DNA of 64,000 bases from Tubiluchus corallicola (Eukaryota > Animalia > Priapulida). The translations under genes were made by a program, and so were the position numbers. The first letter of the stretch is position 1, and every line of letters starts with the position of its first letter. The stretch is taken from the NCBI GenBank assembly GCA_030141605.1, contig JAQGDQ010000719.1, positions 44,158 through 108,157 on the forward strand. Reading direction: 5' to 3'. Below the pieces are notes generated by a model that was not told the origin of the DNA, made no database searches, and worked only from the letters and a program-made list of their open reading frames with translations. Positions 34,512-47,770 of this stretch are shown piece by piece.

Positions 34512-37500
34512 CTAAAAGGATATAACGATAATGTAATAATGAACAAAAAATACAAAACCAACAAAGCCCAATAAAACTGCGTAACCTGCTCCAAATTTCC
34601 TTAAAGCACATAGTCAGTAAGAAAAGCAAACTTTTTTAAGGAGCTGAAGTGATGATAGACTTGGTAGTGGTAGTGTATTTTATAATTTGATAATTTGGAC
34701 ATCGTAAATGTCACAATAACTATGTTTTCTAATAATAGTTATGAATCGTTCTTAACATCGACTTCTATAATATATGTGCGCCGTTCAGAATAAAAGAAAA
34801 ACACTTTCATACCAAAAAGGTCAAATATGTAAAGTGCCAATAACATTCAACAAATTCCAATTGTGTTTGCTGGGCCGAGATAGGTAGTATATTAATTATA
34901 GCAGTACAATACAAACTAACCGAAAAATTAAATGAAATATAAAGAATGAATATAAATAATCAAAAGAACTAATGAACTTTTATTTGTTTTAATGCAGTCA
35001 GATATATAATAGATATAATGCAGCCAGCAACATATCCGTATAAATAAGACAGTCTAACTCGCCTGTTTTAGCATCGTTTCTAAATTTTCGTAAATGACTT
35101 TACTTAAAACCTCATAGGACCTCAGTAATCGAGTTTACTCAAACCCTACTGGGATCTGTCGTAGTTCAGTTCTGTCCGAACTCATTTTAAAGTTATTTAT
35201 CAGTTGGTCACGAATTCCACGAGGATCGATTATTCAAAATAAAATGCAGATGAAATTGTTTACTTACGCGCATGCTCAAAATCACCCTCTTCAGGAATTC
35301 TAACAGTTATGGATTGGAAAATGCGTTTCTCTTCTCCAACTTTCTGTTCAGGCTTCTCTTCCTTAATTTCTCTCTTTTTCCTTGCACCGTCGCAACGCGG
35401 CTGAAATGAATTGATAAATAAACCGTCTGTTATACTTTGCATCATGCTGAATCACAAAAAAGTAACAAACTCAAGAATAAGGCAGTCACCTTCACCCGCT
35501 CAAAGTTCAAAGGTCAGGATTTCATAATCAGTCAATATCACAATTATTCCCTAGCACCCGTGATGGACGTGAGTGAAGTAAAATAACCCACGTCTGAAAA
35601 CAGTCTCTTTGCATTTAGAAATATGACTGGACGGTGGACAATAGATTCAAAGTATCTTAGTTTCAATAGATTTTTTAGCTGAAATTGTTTGACAAAAAAG
35701 ATCTATGTTTGCGTGACACCTTACAGACTCACAGACAACTGAAGCCCATCCACACAAATTCCCTTTCTAGCAACGCTATGATGTTGTTTAAACGAATTCA
35801 TAAATGGCTACACCAGAAAAGTCATTGTCAAAATACAAGGTTATTTGCCTCATTTCTAGCGCATTCACTTTGTGTCTTCGTCGTATTTTTGCGGTTATCA
35901 TACATCAAACATTTGTTTCCAAACAAAGTTCCTGTGCTTATCTTTATTTTCTGTGATAATTCTAAGACCACTTTGTTTTGAATGCAACTTGGGAAAGGCT
36001 CAAAAATAACTAACAGAAACGTATAATATGGTAAAATGAAAAACAAGAAGTTATCAAGTCTTACCTGGAAGCACCCTTCCATACATAATCTACACTGGCA
36101 TTCAAATAATACATTTCCAACATCTGGGAACTTAAATGCTTTGAAATGTGCGTAAACTAGAGTGTCTTGAGGAGCTAAATCCTGGCTGTGTTGCTGTTTT
36201 CCGATGATCTTTCTGTGTACGGGGCAACCATTTTCGTCTACCAAATTCAGGTAGCCCATATCCATTCCATCATGGGCATAACAGTGGGATACGTAAATGT
36301 CAAAGTGACCTGTAAAAAGGAAAAAACTGTGTGGTAGAATGATTACGTAACTGAAAAAAATAATTCTTTTTGATTGATGATTATATAACATAGATGAATA
36401 CTCCCCCAACCCAATGTCACGAGTTCCTAAATCCGTTCTTTGCTTTTTGTCAACGAAAGTTTTGGTTTTGCCCGATTTCGACAGCTTGGAAAATAAGGAT
36501 TTCGCAGGAGTAGTAAACGGAGGGTGTAATTGGATGAGGAAATAAAAGACCCGAACAAACAAATCCGTCTAGGAAAACGTGTAAAGTAGAGACCTAAGAA
36601 ACGAAAAACAACTCAACCTGTCAAACAACACAGTCAAATTAAGCACCAGTTTTTTACCTTACGATGACAATTGGTTATATCAAACGAGAAACATGACCAC
36701 GTTTTAGAGGAGAACATCAATAAACAGCGTGTTCTACTCACAAAAAAACTCTTTTTATTAAACATTCTCTACAAAATTTAAAGTTACAGTATACTTACTG
36801 CTTTCTTGTATATACACTACAAGAGTAGCAATCTCTCCTAGTACAAGATCATTGGTTCCTGGCACCATTGGATTATCACCATTGACCACCTTCATGCGGC
36901 AAGTTGGCATAGCCATGATACCTTGTACGTTTTCACTAGTCAATCCTCTGCAAAACATTTAAAGATTTAATAGAAAGTAATGCAACGGGTGGCAGTAAAT
37001 TATGTTGCGATTTCATTATCTACTTGTGTTCGTTCTCAGATAAATAGTAATGATGATAGTGGTGATGACGATGACAACGACAACTATGATGATTGGTATT
37101 GGTAATTGGTAATGCAAATAAAATGTGCCAAACACAAACTTGTTTCTCTGTTATCGTCATCGTCGTCGTAACAAACTTTTGTTACGTTGTTAAGCATGCA
37201 ATTAAGTAACAATTGAGCAAGTTAATAGTTAGTCTAACATCATCCTCATCATCGCTGTCCTGACACCCGACCTTCGTTGTTGTCATATTCATCGTCATAG
37301 TCAGAGACAAATCATTTAAGATGATACAGACTGGAATTATTTATCCACTTACGGAACAACCACGCCAGTATCAACTGTGTTAGCTCTGTCACCAGCAAAT
37401 TCGCATGACACTTTATAAGCTTTATCCCACATCTCCAAAATTCCCCACTCAAGTTCATTCATCACAACTACCGTGTTGTCAAACTGCATGGTTCCTCCAA

Positions 37501-40500
37501 AGTTGTCAGTCTGCAGAGGAAAAAACAAGCAAAAAAATCAAGAGCACGTTAAAGCAAGAAAATGCATTATTCTTCAAAAAATGACGTTACCCAGAACAAA
37601 ACACAAATGGTCATCTTGCTTGCAACGGCTATGTGACAAAGCATTTCCTCACAAAACTTCAAGATTGAGGCCTGGGTTAAGGTCAAGGAAAACAAAGTCA
37701 ACTTTTCGAGCAGAGTATTCTCTGCACAGGATTTCAAGATCAAGACACGTGAACTACAGGCATTTTGTTGATGTTCGGTGATTTGCTCTACAAAAGGACA
37801 TAGGCATCAAACACAACTATAAAACTACCAACTACCAACATTTCCGAGCACTAAAACACGCAAAAAGAGAAAGAACTATATCAAATCACTTACACTAGCT
37901 TTTGATCTCATTCCACATTTGTCAAGGGGGATATCGAATCTCTGAAATCTGGATTTGGTGGAAATATACCTACAGTCGTCTACTTTAAAAAAGTCTTTCG
38001 TGTACAAGATACCATCAAAATCTCTTTCAAAAGTCAAGGTGACGCTCATGCGATTTCTTTCCATGTCACACTCAACAGAAACATCTGAAGAAATAATAGC
38101 AATAGGTAATTACCTAAGGTAATCAGCATTTTTTCTAAATTTTGGCAAATAGCGTATTACGCTGGGGCAGCTTTTTAGCAGAAGTAGTTGATACTTTGTA
38201 GCTAAAATTTCCTTTATATTTTTTTCTTATTACAACACGCCTGAGCGTTAATAACGCTCTCATACCTACTTGTGCTACCAACAGTTAACGAATCTTACTT
38301 AATATAACTTAAATAAAACAGTGTCAAATTTGTTTTTAAGATGGGGCAAACGCCTATTAGTAACATTCCTGCTGCACACCATCTCTTGACGGAGCCCTTT
38401 CAGGTACAAAGCCCTCACATTAACCTTACCGCGGAGGATACCATCAGCAAACAACATGACACCCGCTACCAAATTCACCCTAATCTAAGTCAGTGTGTAA
38501 CACGGGTGTATTAGTGCATAACTCTATTAGCTTTGCTTCTGTAATGTTGGCTAGTAAGTTTGTAACGCGGAAGGAGGAGGGCGTACCTGGGACATGTAGT
38601 GTGGCCGCGCTGATGTGCTGTATGCGTATTTCGCCCACAGCAGCGTACTAGTCGCCTTCCGGGTTTTGAGATCCTCTATGTAAAATAATGCTAAGTGATG
38701 CGTGCTTGATTGAGAAGATAGTCATAGCGGAACAGAGAGTGGTGAAAGACTAAAATCGCCACCGGTTTTAATCTTTTATTAGAAATTAGATTCTATTTAA
38801 CCTAATTCTGAATGAAAACTTGCGAAAAAAAAGTAGTAATCCATTCAGATTCAGTGGCGTAGATTGGAATAAAGCGTTCAGGTTCAGTGGCGCTGTTTGG
38901 AATAAAACATTCAGGTTCAGTGGCGTAGTTTAGATTAATGCGCAAGGCTTTGTGGCAAAAATAGTTCAAGTCAAAAGAGTAAATAATATTTTCAAACGTA
39001 AATTTGTAAAATAGATAAGTGAATTTGTCACGATTTTGAAATCACTGGCTGTAAGCTATACGTGATACGCGTGCAAAAAGAATTTCTAATAAATTTGTCA
39101 TGATCCTTTCACGCATTTTAACATTTGCATGAGAAGTTTGCTGGCATAAAATATGAAAGACTTGGAAATTCTTCAGAATTTAAAAATTATTTTAACGTTA
39201 CATATCATGTTTTCTAATCGTCTTTAAATTGCAATCAGTGCGTAACTATTCACCCGCAGGCCCTGCAGTGAGGGATCAGAGCTTCAGAGGAATCTTTGGT
39301 CGTGAAGAAGAGCCGCCAAGGACATGAAAGTTTTATATATATATATACAAAATTACGTTAACTAGACACACTGACAACATAAAATCACAAAGAAAAAAAT
39401 TTAAATGCAATTATGGCAGTTTTGTAATATATTCTGGAACTAATTGTAACGAAACCTAAGTTCTTTACCGGACTTTACTTGCAGTTAAGTGGTTTAGAAA
39501 ACTGGTTTGTTATGGAGGATAAAGACTGATTTTTATCTGGAACTGATGGTTTTGTGCAGCTAAGAGCTAAGAGGCCGACCTTACTTTTTTAGCTGCACTG
39601 TTCTATTTTTTCGCTTTCATTGAATCACCTAGCAGTGTAACAACCTTCAGCTGACTTCTGTGAAGATTATGAAAATAGAAATTTGCAAAAGTACTACAAA
39701 TTCAGTATGCATGCGCACCATATATTCACTCACGGTGATAGTCAACAAACTAGCAAAATTGTTGACTTGCAGATACGAACTTTTATTGTGCAAATTGACT
39801 TGGGCAGTATTTTGATAGTATCCCACTATAACGTTCACCCATCCATGTACTAACTAGACCACTTAAATGGACATGGTTTAACTTCAAGACCAAAATATCG
39901 CTATATGTTAGGCCAAATTCGCGTTATGTGATTATATTTGCATTCACAGAAACACATGATGACTTGAGTTTTGATACTAATAAACCGAAAAACTGAATAC
40001 ACCAATTCCTATTATATCAACAATATCTGTACAATACGTTGTGTGACTTTATAACCATCTGAGTTATGTGAAGTGTAGCCGCACTAACTTTAAATTCCCA
40101 TTCTGGTGCAGGAAGATCACAAAATCACAAAATTTTGACAAGTCTATTTTGTTTAGCAGTTACAGCTGTTTATAAAACTGATTTCTAAAAAGAAACTGCG
40201 CAAGATTACATACAGCATACAGAAACGATAAAATAGGCGGAAAAAGTAACGTTGTTCATAAACTACGCGAATGTAGGACAAGAAAGATTTAACTGTTTTA
40301 TGACTATGGCAGATATATTGTTTCTTGTTTTATTGCTAGCTAACTTATGATAATTAAATTATGTTTTTTACCAAAGGACACATGTTTAACGTTCCATAAA
40401 AGTCATGTACAATTAAAACAACCTCCTAAACGTTTCTTAAATTTATTTGTAAACTCGTCGGGAGACGCTTCCATGAATATTCAAACAACCAGACTCAACG

Positions 40501-43125
40501 CATTGCCTAAATAATCAGGTCAGTGTGCGGTGGATAGAAAACTAACTTAATCTATAAGAAGATTCTTTTGTTATCGTTGGACCTTGCAGTACCAGTTCTT
40601 ATGACCTGTCTCGGATTCCGTCCCCCTTTTGAGTAAATGCTGGAAAGCATAAGTCAGTAGGGGGGATGACATAATATGGATCCTGAAAATTGTAGAGCTA
40701 TAACGAAATTGCATTTTACTCGTTTACTAAAGTCATGTTATCACAAATCAACCTGTTAATAAAATTATCGGAGGGCCAGGGCTTTCTAAATACATTTACA
40801 AACCAAAATTTAGTCACTTCTGACCTGATGCTTAAATAAAGATTTTTGGTGTACTTACAACAACTGGTCCTATCTAGTAAAACAAAAGGCTAGATGACTT
40901 GTAAATAGTAAATATTAGTAAAAACTGATGTTGCTTACCAATGACGTTGTTTGCAGGTTCAACCTGGGGAAATAAATCAGGATTACGTGATGCTGCATCG
41001 GGTATTGGTCTTGCTAGTCCCGTTGAGAAACGTGGATCTTCGCCAATTTCCAATGGTGGCTTATCATCTTTTTCTTCAAGTTCTTGTTCATCATTGTCCG
41101 TTCGATAAGGATTGAATGTGCTAAACCTGTCTCGAAGTGGCCTGAAATCAGGACCGAAATTGGAGGCGGGTCCATCTTGTCTCTCTTCATCCTGTTCTTC
41201 TTGCGATTCGTCGGGGACGTAAGGGTTGAAGCTACGACTGAACTCCTCACGAGCCTCTGCTCTTCCTTGGTAAGGATCAAAAACAGTGGCTCTCGCACTA
41301 CCAGATGGATTTTCCCTTCGTGTAGAGGTCACAAAAGCGCTTCCTGATGACTGTGCATTTGGTCCTGTTCCTAAGTTGAGTTGAAATGACTGAGGTTCTT
41401 CCAATTCTGAATCTTGGGCTTGGTTTACAGTGAAACCAGAACTCACAGTTTGCCGACCAAATGGAACTCCAAAGGGCCTAGATCCTACTGAGATGCCTGG
41501 CTGGTCTTGCAGATCTTGAATAGGTAAATTTACCCCTTCAAAAGGTTGAGGTTGAGATTGTGGAGCACCAGAAGGAAGTAATTGAAATCCACCACTTCTG
41601 GATTCTTGTGGTTCCCTGACAGCAATACCAATTCCATCGTCCTCACGTGGTGCATCACTAACACTCACTCCTAAAGATCCAAAGCCTTGGTCCTGATCAA
41701 CAGTTTCGCCTTGAGATGTGAATGTTTGAAGCCCTTGTTGTTGGAACCCGGTCAGTTGACTGTCATCCCGGACACTTACGCCAATTCCTTGTCCAGGTTG
41801 TTGCTGACCAAACTGCGGCGCTTGCTGGTCAGAAACGCCTACGCCAAATCCCGGACTTGATCCAAACTGTTGGCCTACTGTGAACTGGTCTTGCGAAGGC
41901 TGGAACTGCACATTTTGATCAGTTTGAGGAACAAACTGGGGCTGGAACTGGGCGTTTGGGTCAGTCTGAGGAGCAAACTGCGTTTGGCGTGGATCAAGCC
42001 TGCCAAACTGTGGACCAACAAGCGGCTGAAGTCCACCAAACTGTTGTTGCTGTTGCTGTTGCTGTTGTTGTGGCAGCTGCAGCGTTTGCTGCTGGCCATC
42101 AAATTGCTGTTGAGTCAACACAAACTGAGATTGAGGTTGATCAACAGTAAACCCTTGGCTTCCAAACTGGGGTTGCTGGTCAACAAATTGCTGCTGCTGT
42201 CCACCAAACTGTTGCTGGTCAACAAATTGCTGCTGCTGTCCACTAAACTGTTGCTGGTCAACAAATTGCGGCTGTTGTCCACCAAACTGTTGCTGGTCCA
42301 CAAACTGCTGCGGTTGACCTACAACAAACTGCTGCTGTTGCCCACCAAACTGCTGCTGGTCCAGAAATTGTTGCGGTTGACCTCCAAACTGGGAGCCTGC
42401 AAACTGTCCTGCCACAGAAAAATCTTGGGCGTTTCCACTAGGCCATAACACTGCCACCTATATATGAAATACTTTACTAGAGTGTTACATTTTTACTAGA
42501 AATACCCACATTATGAATCATTCGGGTTGACATTTTTGAACTTTTTGTTGTAAACAGCAACTCTAAGTACAACTTTTACTTCCACTCAGCCCAACTTATC
42601 AATAAAACGGACCATGATGCTCAAATTATATTTTCTTTAGTTGCAAACTTAATTACGAAAAGAGTATGCAAACCTTAATGACGTCGTGAATGGAAGAAAA
42701 GGAAAAATGAAACCATAGAATCCTAACTTATCTTAATACAGAGTCATTCTTATAATTTCTCTAATAATATTTAAGTACCATGTCCTTAAAAATTGCAATG
42801 CATTGCAAAGGTATTAATCTGTTAGCTTATACTTTTATCTGCTAGTTAAACCACTGACATGTATAAATGCACAACTTAGAAATTTACTTTACTTTTTAAC
42901 AAATAAAAACAACATAATTTGTTGATTAAAACTTTGTACAATATGCCGTACACATTGAAACAAGTCAGAGGTCAGCTGATTAAAGCCATAAAGTGGCAAA
43001 TAATTACTTCTTTCTTCCTGTATTTTTTGCTCCTGTATAGGTTCTTTTCAGAACTTTCTGTTTTACAGAAGCAATTCAAGAAACTTTTCTCAAGAACTTA
43101 CAAGCAGTAAAACATAATACTTCAT
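34306..43125 (-). CDS. ZP-domain (cuticlin/dusky/miniature-like) single-pass apical extracellular matrix protein, 874 aa; coding exons 43125-43102, 42457-40939, 38084-37894, 37510-37353, 36947-36799, 36309-36065, 35400-35268, 34511-34306
   Basis: Signal peptide MKYYVLLL|VAVLWPSGNA; Q/F/G-rich region; ZP-N (VSVEC...FDGILY...C...IPLDKCG...FDNTVVV...WDKAYKVSC); ZP-C (FDIYVSHCYAHDG...LVDENGCP...YAHFKAFKFPD...FECQCRLC); furin site RKKR; EHP-like RIFQSITV; MCVS followed by a TM helix; short cytoplasmic tail. Exon sum 2625 nt, in frame, all GT-AG. Confidence 0.92.
35268..35400 (-). CDS. ZP protein exon (furin site, EHP)
   Basis: ttcag|CCGCGTTGC...CATGCGC|gtaagt; PRCDGARKKR...RIFQSITVRIP. Confidence 0.9.
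36065..36309 (-). CDS. ZP protein exon (ZP-C core)
   Basis: ttacag|GTCACTTT...TTCCAG|gtaaga; FDIYVSHC...AFKFPD...CQCRLCMEGCFQ. Confidence 0.95.
36799..36947 (-). CDS. ZP protein exon (linker/ZP-C start)
   Basis: ttgcag|AGGATTG...GAAAGCA|gtaagt; MPTCRMKVVNG...LVLGEIATLVVYI. Confidence 0.9.
37353..37510 (-). CDS. ZP protein exon (ZP-N part 2)
   Basis: ctgcag|ACTGACAAC...GTTCC|gtaagt; TDNFGGTMQFDNTVVVMNELEWGILEMWDKAYKVSCEF. Confidence 0.9.
37894..38084 (-). CDS. ZP protein exon (ZP-N part 1)
   Basis: ttcag|ATGTTTCT...GCTAGT|gtaagt; DVSVECDMERNRMSVTLTF...CGMRSKAS. Confidence 0.92.
38845..38956. repeat. 33-bp tandem repeat, ~3.5 copies
   Basis: ttcagattcagtggcgtagattggaataaagcg / ttcaggttcagtggcgctgtttggaataaaaca / ttcaggttcagtggcgtagtttagattaatgcg. 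Confidence 0.8.
40939..42457 (-). CDS. ZP protein large exon (Gln/Phe/Gly low-complexity ectodomain)
   Basis: tag|GTGGCAGTG...GTCATTG|gtaagc; 1519 nt open, matches ORF 40874-42457. Confidence 0.9.
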
Positions 43126-43640
43126 CTTTTCCGATGTTCTAAGCACCAGCACAACCTAAAAACAAGCAAATAATAAAATACTCTTTTATACTCTCCTAGA
43201 ACGCATAACTGTTTAAAATTTTTACAATAATTTCAACTTGCAAATTAAAAATTTCAAAAAAGCACAACATTCTTTAAAAAAATTTCCTGTTATGTGAAAA
43301 TTTTCCGACTATTTTTCCATCTTTCGCGCGTTCTGATGCACTTTATCTGCGAAATTGCCGTTTATATATCCACATTTATTGCATCTGTAAATTACCCGAT
43401 AATTTTCGTAAACTGTTTGTATAATGTTAGCCGCGCAAATAGAATTGAAACAAATCAAAATAATCGCAAACTGAAGCAATCAATAGCTCCAACTGAAAGC
43501 ACGCGACTGAAATGTTTTATAAACAAAATAGTTTTCAAGTTTAATACGAAGATAATTGGTTAATTATGATAAAAAGCTTTTCGTGCCATTTTTTCTACTT
43601 TTCATTCGCAACGATTATATCACTAGCATAAATACCTTAC

Positions 43641-43757
43641 CTAATTTTTGTGTTAGTATCCACAAATTTATAACACACTACTTTCCCACCGATATCTCAC
43701 TAACGACCCCCCTTACGACATGTAAACGGGTCTAAAACTCGCGTTTGGCTTTTATAC
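43641..43757 (-). promoter_or_regulatory. Candidate core promoter and non-coding first exon of the ZP gene
   Basis: The ATG exon is preceded by an acceptor (tttttag, exon start 43155). Upstream are a donor AG|gtaagg at 43640 and TATAAAA on the minus strand at 43750-43756. Confidence 0.4.
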
Positions 43758-45265
43758 CTGGTTATTTTAAGTAACAAAGACACGGGGTATAACTGCTCCT
43801 AGCACACAAGAATCATGTCACGCCAGTCCACCTCGCCGCTTGTCCTGCAGTGCACAACCGTTACTTCCGTATGTACAGCCCCAGAACATCTTCAACACCG
43901 ATTGACTGACACAGTTTCAATTCATGGTCTAGGCCTAGCCTATTGACTGAGTTGTGCTGAACAACAATGAACGGTTATTTTCTTGAAGACGTTCTCACAC
44001 TAGCGCGTTTTTTCGCGCTAGCTTTGCACGCACTCGAATGTTGATGACATTTCACTAATCGGGTTATACAAGAGCCATTATGCTTGTTATTACAAACCAG
44101 AGATAATAATGCAACAGAACCTTTAGAGGATCCTCAGCAAAGAATGAATAATTGGCTTGTTCAAACACGAGTTGTAAAAGACCATAAAGCAATAAAGTTA
44201 ATATAACAACTGATCTTTTCACTTCACCACAGATAAATTGAATTTATCGTTGGAGGAAAGAAATTTCACTGCATTTCAAGAGCTTGTTGATACATTATGC
44301 TGTTCTAAGATTAGGCCAAGATTAGGTTTGTTTTGTTATTTCGATAACTCGTACAGCTGAGCTGAATTCATTGTCTTTAAAACAGCAAAATAAAAACGAT
44401 CTCATATTTTAGATTTCTTGTTGTTGTTTTTTATTTCTATCGTCTAGTTTTCCCGTATAATTTTTTATTACCAGCTTTTCATTTCCAATTCAAGTTTCCT
44501 GATTAGTTAATCGTTTCTTCGTTAGTTGACTTTAATACGATGGATGGTGGTTACCACTTGATTAGCATGCAGTAACTTTTCTCGATTGATTGGTTGGTTG
44601 ATTGCTCGGTCGGTCGGGCTGCCTATTGGTTGGATTTGTTGGTAGATCAGTCCATCGGTCTACCAGCCCATTTATTAGTCGACCGCTCGGTTGGAGGGTT
44701 AATCGGTCTTTTGAAAATTTCCAACTAATTCGCATTTAATATTTCAGCAGCTCACTCTGTTTAGTGCCAGTCTTAAGCTCCAGTCCTGCAAACGTATATT
44801 ATTATTGATACGATTAGGAAAGTTCAAAATGTCGTCCGCTGACCTGGCAATGACTGTAATTACAGTAATTCACTTGAAATAAATGCGAAAAATGCGGCTG
44901 CAGCCACAGGCGGTGCGAAAAGCGTTTTCCGCGCGCGGTGAAACTCATCATGTTGACGGGGACTTTCCCTCCCTGACACGAAAATTTCTTACCCGGACAT
45001 TTTTGTGTGAAGTTGTCAAACTTGCGCAATTATTGCATGATGACTGACAAGTCATTGTGGTCTGACAATTCAAATCGGTGTGTTTTTCATTCAATTCTGT
45101 AGTCACCAGGCATGTACATTAGGCTATACCACTAATAAGCGTGTAATGAACTGACAGGTTGTTTTCGCTGTATCTTTTTTGGAAGAATTTAGTTGCGCCT
45201 GCAAGTTTTCAGTTTTTTTTAAGTGTGCCTAATAATTTGGTTTAATGCCCTGACAAAAAAACATA

Positions 45266-45274
45266 TTCTCTCTT

Positions 45275-45327
<53 letters not shown>

Positions 45328-45352
45328 TTCTCTTTTCCCCTTTCTCCCTCTC
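45266..45352. repeat. (CT)n microsatellite
   Basis: Direct observation. Confidence 0.9.
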
Positions 45353-46484
45353 TACAGATAAGAAATCTCTCTGAAAAGAAAACGAATGTTTAAGTTAGCA
45401 TAGCAATTACAACAGTCTTCTAGGAAGCACTTAAAAGAAATGCACCTATCTGATATTGTATGAAAATGAAACGGCATTTGAGGAAACGTAACAACTTGCC
45501 ATAGATCTTGCTGACAACTGATAAGTCAAGGTTTCGAAAAAATGCAATTACACAAACAGAGAGTGCATGTCAAAGTAAGTGTAACAACGACCACACTGAT
45601 GAGTTGTGCTGATAACCACCATTATCTCCAACACTTCTCCATGCCTCAGGCTTCTATGTTCATTATCACTTACGCATAAATTGCCTGGTTTTTAACATAT
45701 TTTCAGCGGGTTACCTAATCGCACCTGACACAAACTGCGGCAGATATTTTACGGACATTTAAGCATTTGCTCTTTAGAGGTTCTTCAGTCAGCGACACGT
45801 TAACCGCGTAATGAACATCTAAAATTTACAAAGAATAACTTCTTTACATATTGCATTTTGTTTCTGTGAGCTCCTTGCACTACAGAAGTAGGCCACGCCA
45901 CTACTAGAATGGTTAGTTTTTTCTGTTTTAGCTAGTTTTTGAAGTCCACACAAGGGCTGTGTTGCCTATTCCCGGAAAATTTGCATGAAACATACTAGTT
46001 CTGTGCTTTTATTCTCATTTTCGAGCTTATAAGTTAATGATATCTTTTTTAATTTTTGTAAACTAAATTGAGCCGAAATGGAGAAATGAGAAAAAGTCTA
46101 ACTGGACCTAGATTTGAACTATGTACGTTGCATTAAAAGTCCAATGTCATAACTGGTAGATAACACTGCTCTTTTCGATCGGGTCTAATAGCTCATCTGT
46201 CTTTCTGGCATTTCCAAGTGTTATCATATACTTACGATACAGTAATTATTAACTGAATTAGTTTTTATATTAATTAGGACATAGGCATTAGGTTTATTCC
46301 ATTACCGATTAATAATTTTTAATTGAAATTGTAATAATGAATGATTAATGTGTGGCTAGAAGCTGGAAATTTCATACTTCATTGAATATATTTTAGATGC
46401 GGAGACGAGGTAAAAAATTTACAAAAATAAGAAAATATTTGAAAAACAGACAAAAATCTAAACAAGTCTTTGATTCATCATCAC

Positions 46485-47770
46485 AAGATGACCAGGGCTA
46501 AAAAGACACCACTTACTAAATGTTCAGTTACCAAGTGTGAAAAGACCCCCAGTACCTGGAGTCTTCAGGTCGGTCATCTTTTGATGAATAAACGCATAGC
46601 ACCTAGACACATGGTAACTCAGCTCTCAGTAACTGAGTCACTTTAGTCTTGGTTATTTGGTGATGATCCAGATGTTATTTAGATACTTGGTAAACACTCT
46701 AGTTGACCAAGTGACCAGGCTAAAATGATTCCATTTAGCAAATATCCAGTTACTAAGTTTCCAAGTTTCCTATTCATCCGATTCATCAGACAATCAAGCT
46801 AAAAAGTGTCCAGCAAAATGCATATTGACTTACAGAATGGGCCTTAGCGTCACTATTGAACATTACATTACCAAGTGTGATGCTACCATGGTTTTCAAAA
46901 ATTCTTGTTAAATTAGCTATTTACTGCTGTTGTTAGTTTTTGTTTTTTCTCTACCACTGTAAGTATTCCAAAGTTCTTTATTAAATAAAGAAAATCCCAG
47001 AAATAAAAGCCTTAAAAACAATTACAATTTGTGCCAGTAACATCCTGATGATTTAAGCTATTGTTAACAAATAGTTTACATTGTTTGTTTGAATTCAGGC
47101 ATGAATTAGAATAGTTTTATTGCTCAAACTTTACACACTTGTCTGGCTTTGCCCTACAAACCCGTTTATTAATTTAACATACCTCTTAACTTTGCAGTAA
47201 CTACAATGAAAATAACAACATTAATAAAAGAACGTGCTGTATAATGACTGTATTTACAATAAATAGGTATCACTGTATCACTATCCTTTAATCTGGTGTT
47301 GTTGAACTCATGGCCCATTTCAACCACCAAATGACTTTCTAACAATGATAATAATGACTACAACAATTCACGTGATTATGAATAATGCAATGAACTCACG
47401 TGTTTACTGTATATGCAGCGAGTTCAAATCTTAGGGGACAATAATAGTCATTTTACCTAGGCTTTCACATGCATGGCCTAATTTTTTAATTATGATTATG
47501 ACTTTTATTAGCTCTTCTATACGTGCAATAGCACTGATTATTAAAAATATAAATATTAAACTATTCATTTGTCTGGGATAATGACAGATTAATAAATCTT
47601 TATAACAAACGCCTAACTATACCAGCGAAAAAGATTAATACGGGTGATACTTTATAGCGGATACAATAGATAAATTATATATATTTGTTTAGATGTACTT
47701 GGTAAGCCCTCTAGTTGACCAGATGACCAGGCTAAAATAATTCCATTTACCAAATATTTAGTTACCTTAT
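46485..47770. repeat. Dispersed ~70-bp subrepeats (acttggtaa..ctctagttgacca..tgaccaggctaaaat..ttccattta..aaatat..agttac) at ~46490, 46686 and 47697
   Basis: Three recognisably similar copies; probably a non-autonomous transposon remnant. Confidence 0.5.

Noticed and set aside
38350-38470. LFADG motif on the minus strand, possible RT fragment in a ZP intron
   Set aside because: Single degenerate motif without neighbouring RT motifs
38845-38956. 33-bp repeats resembling a CRISPR array
   Set aside because: Head-to-tail with no unique spacers, eukaryotic intron, no cas genes
41870-42448. 192-aa Leu/Lys-rich + strand ORF
   Set aside because: Antisense shadow of the Gln-rich ZP exon
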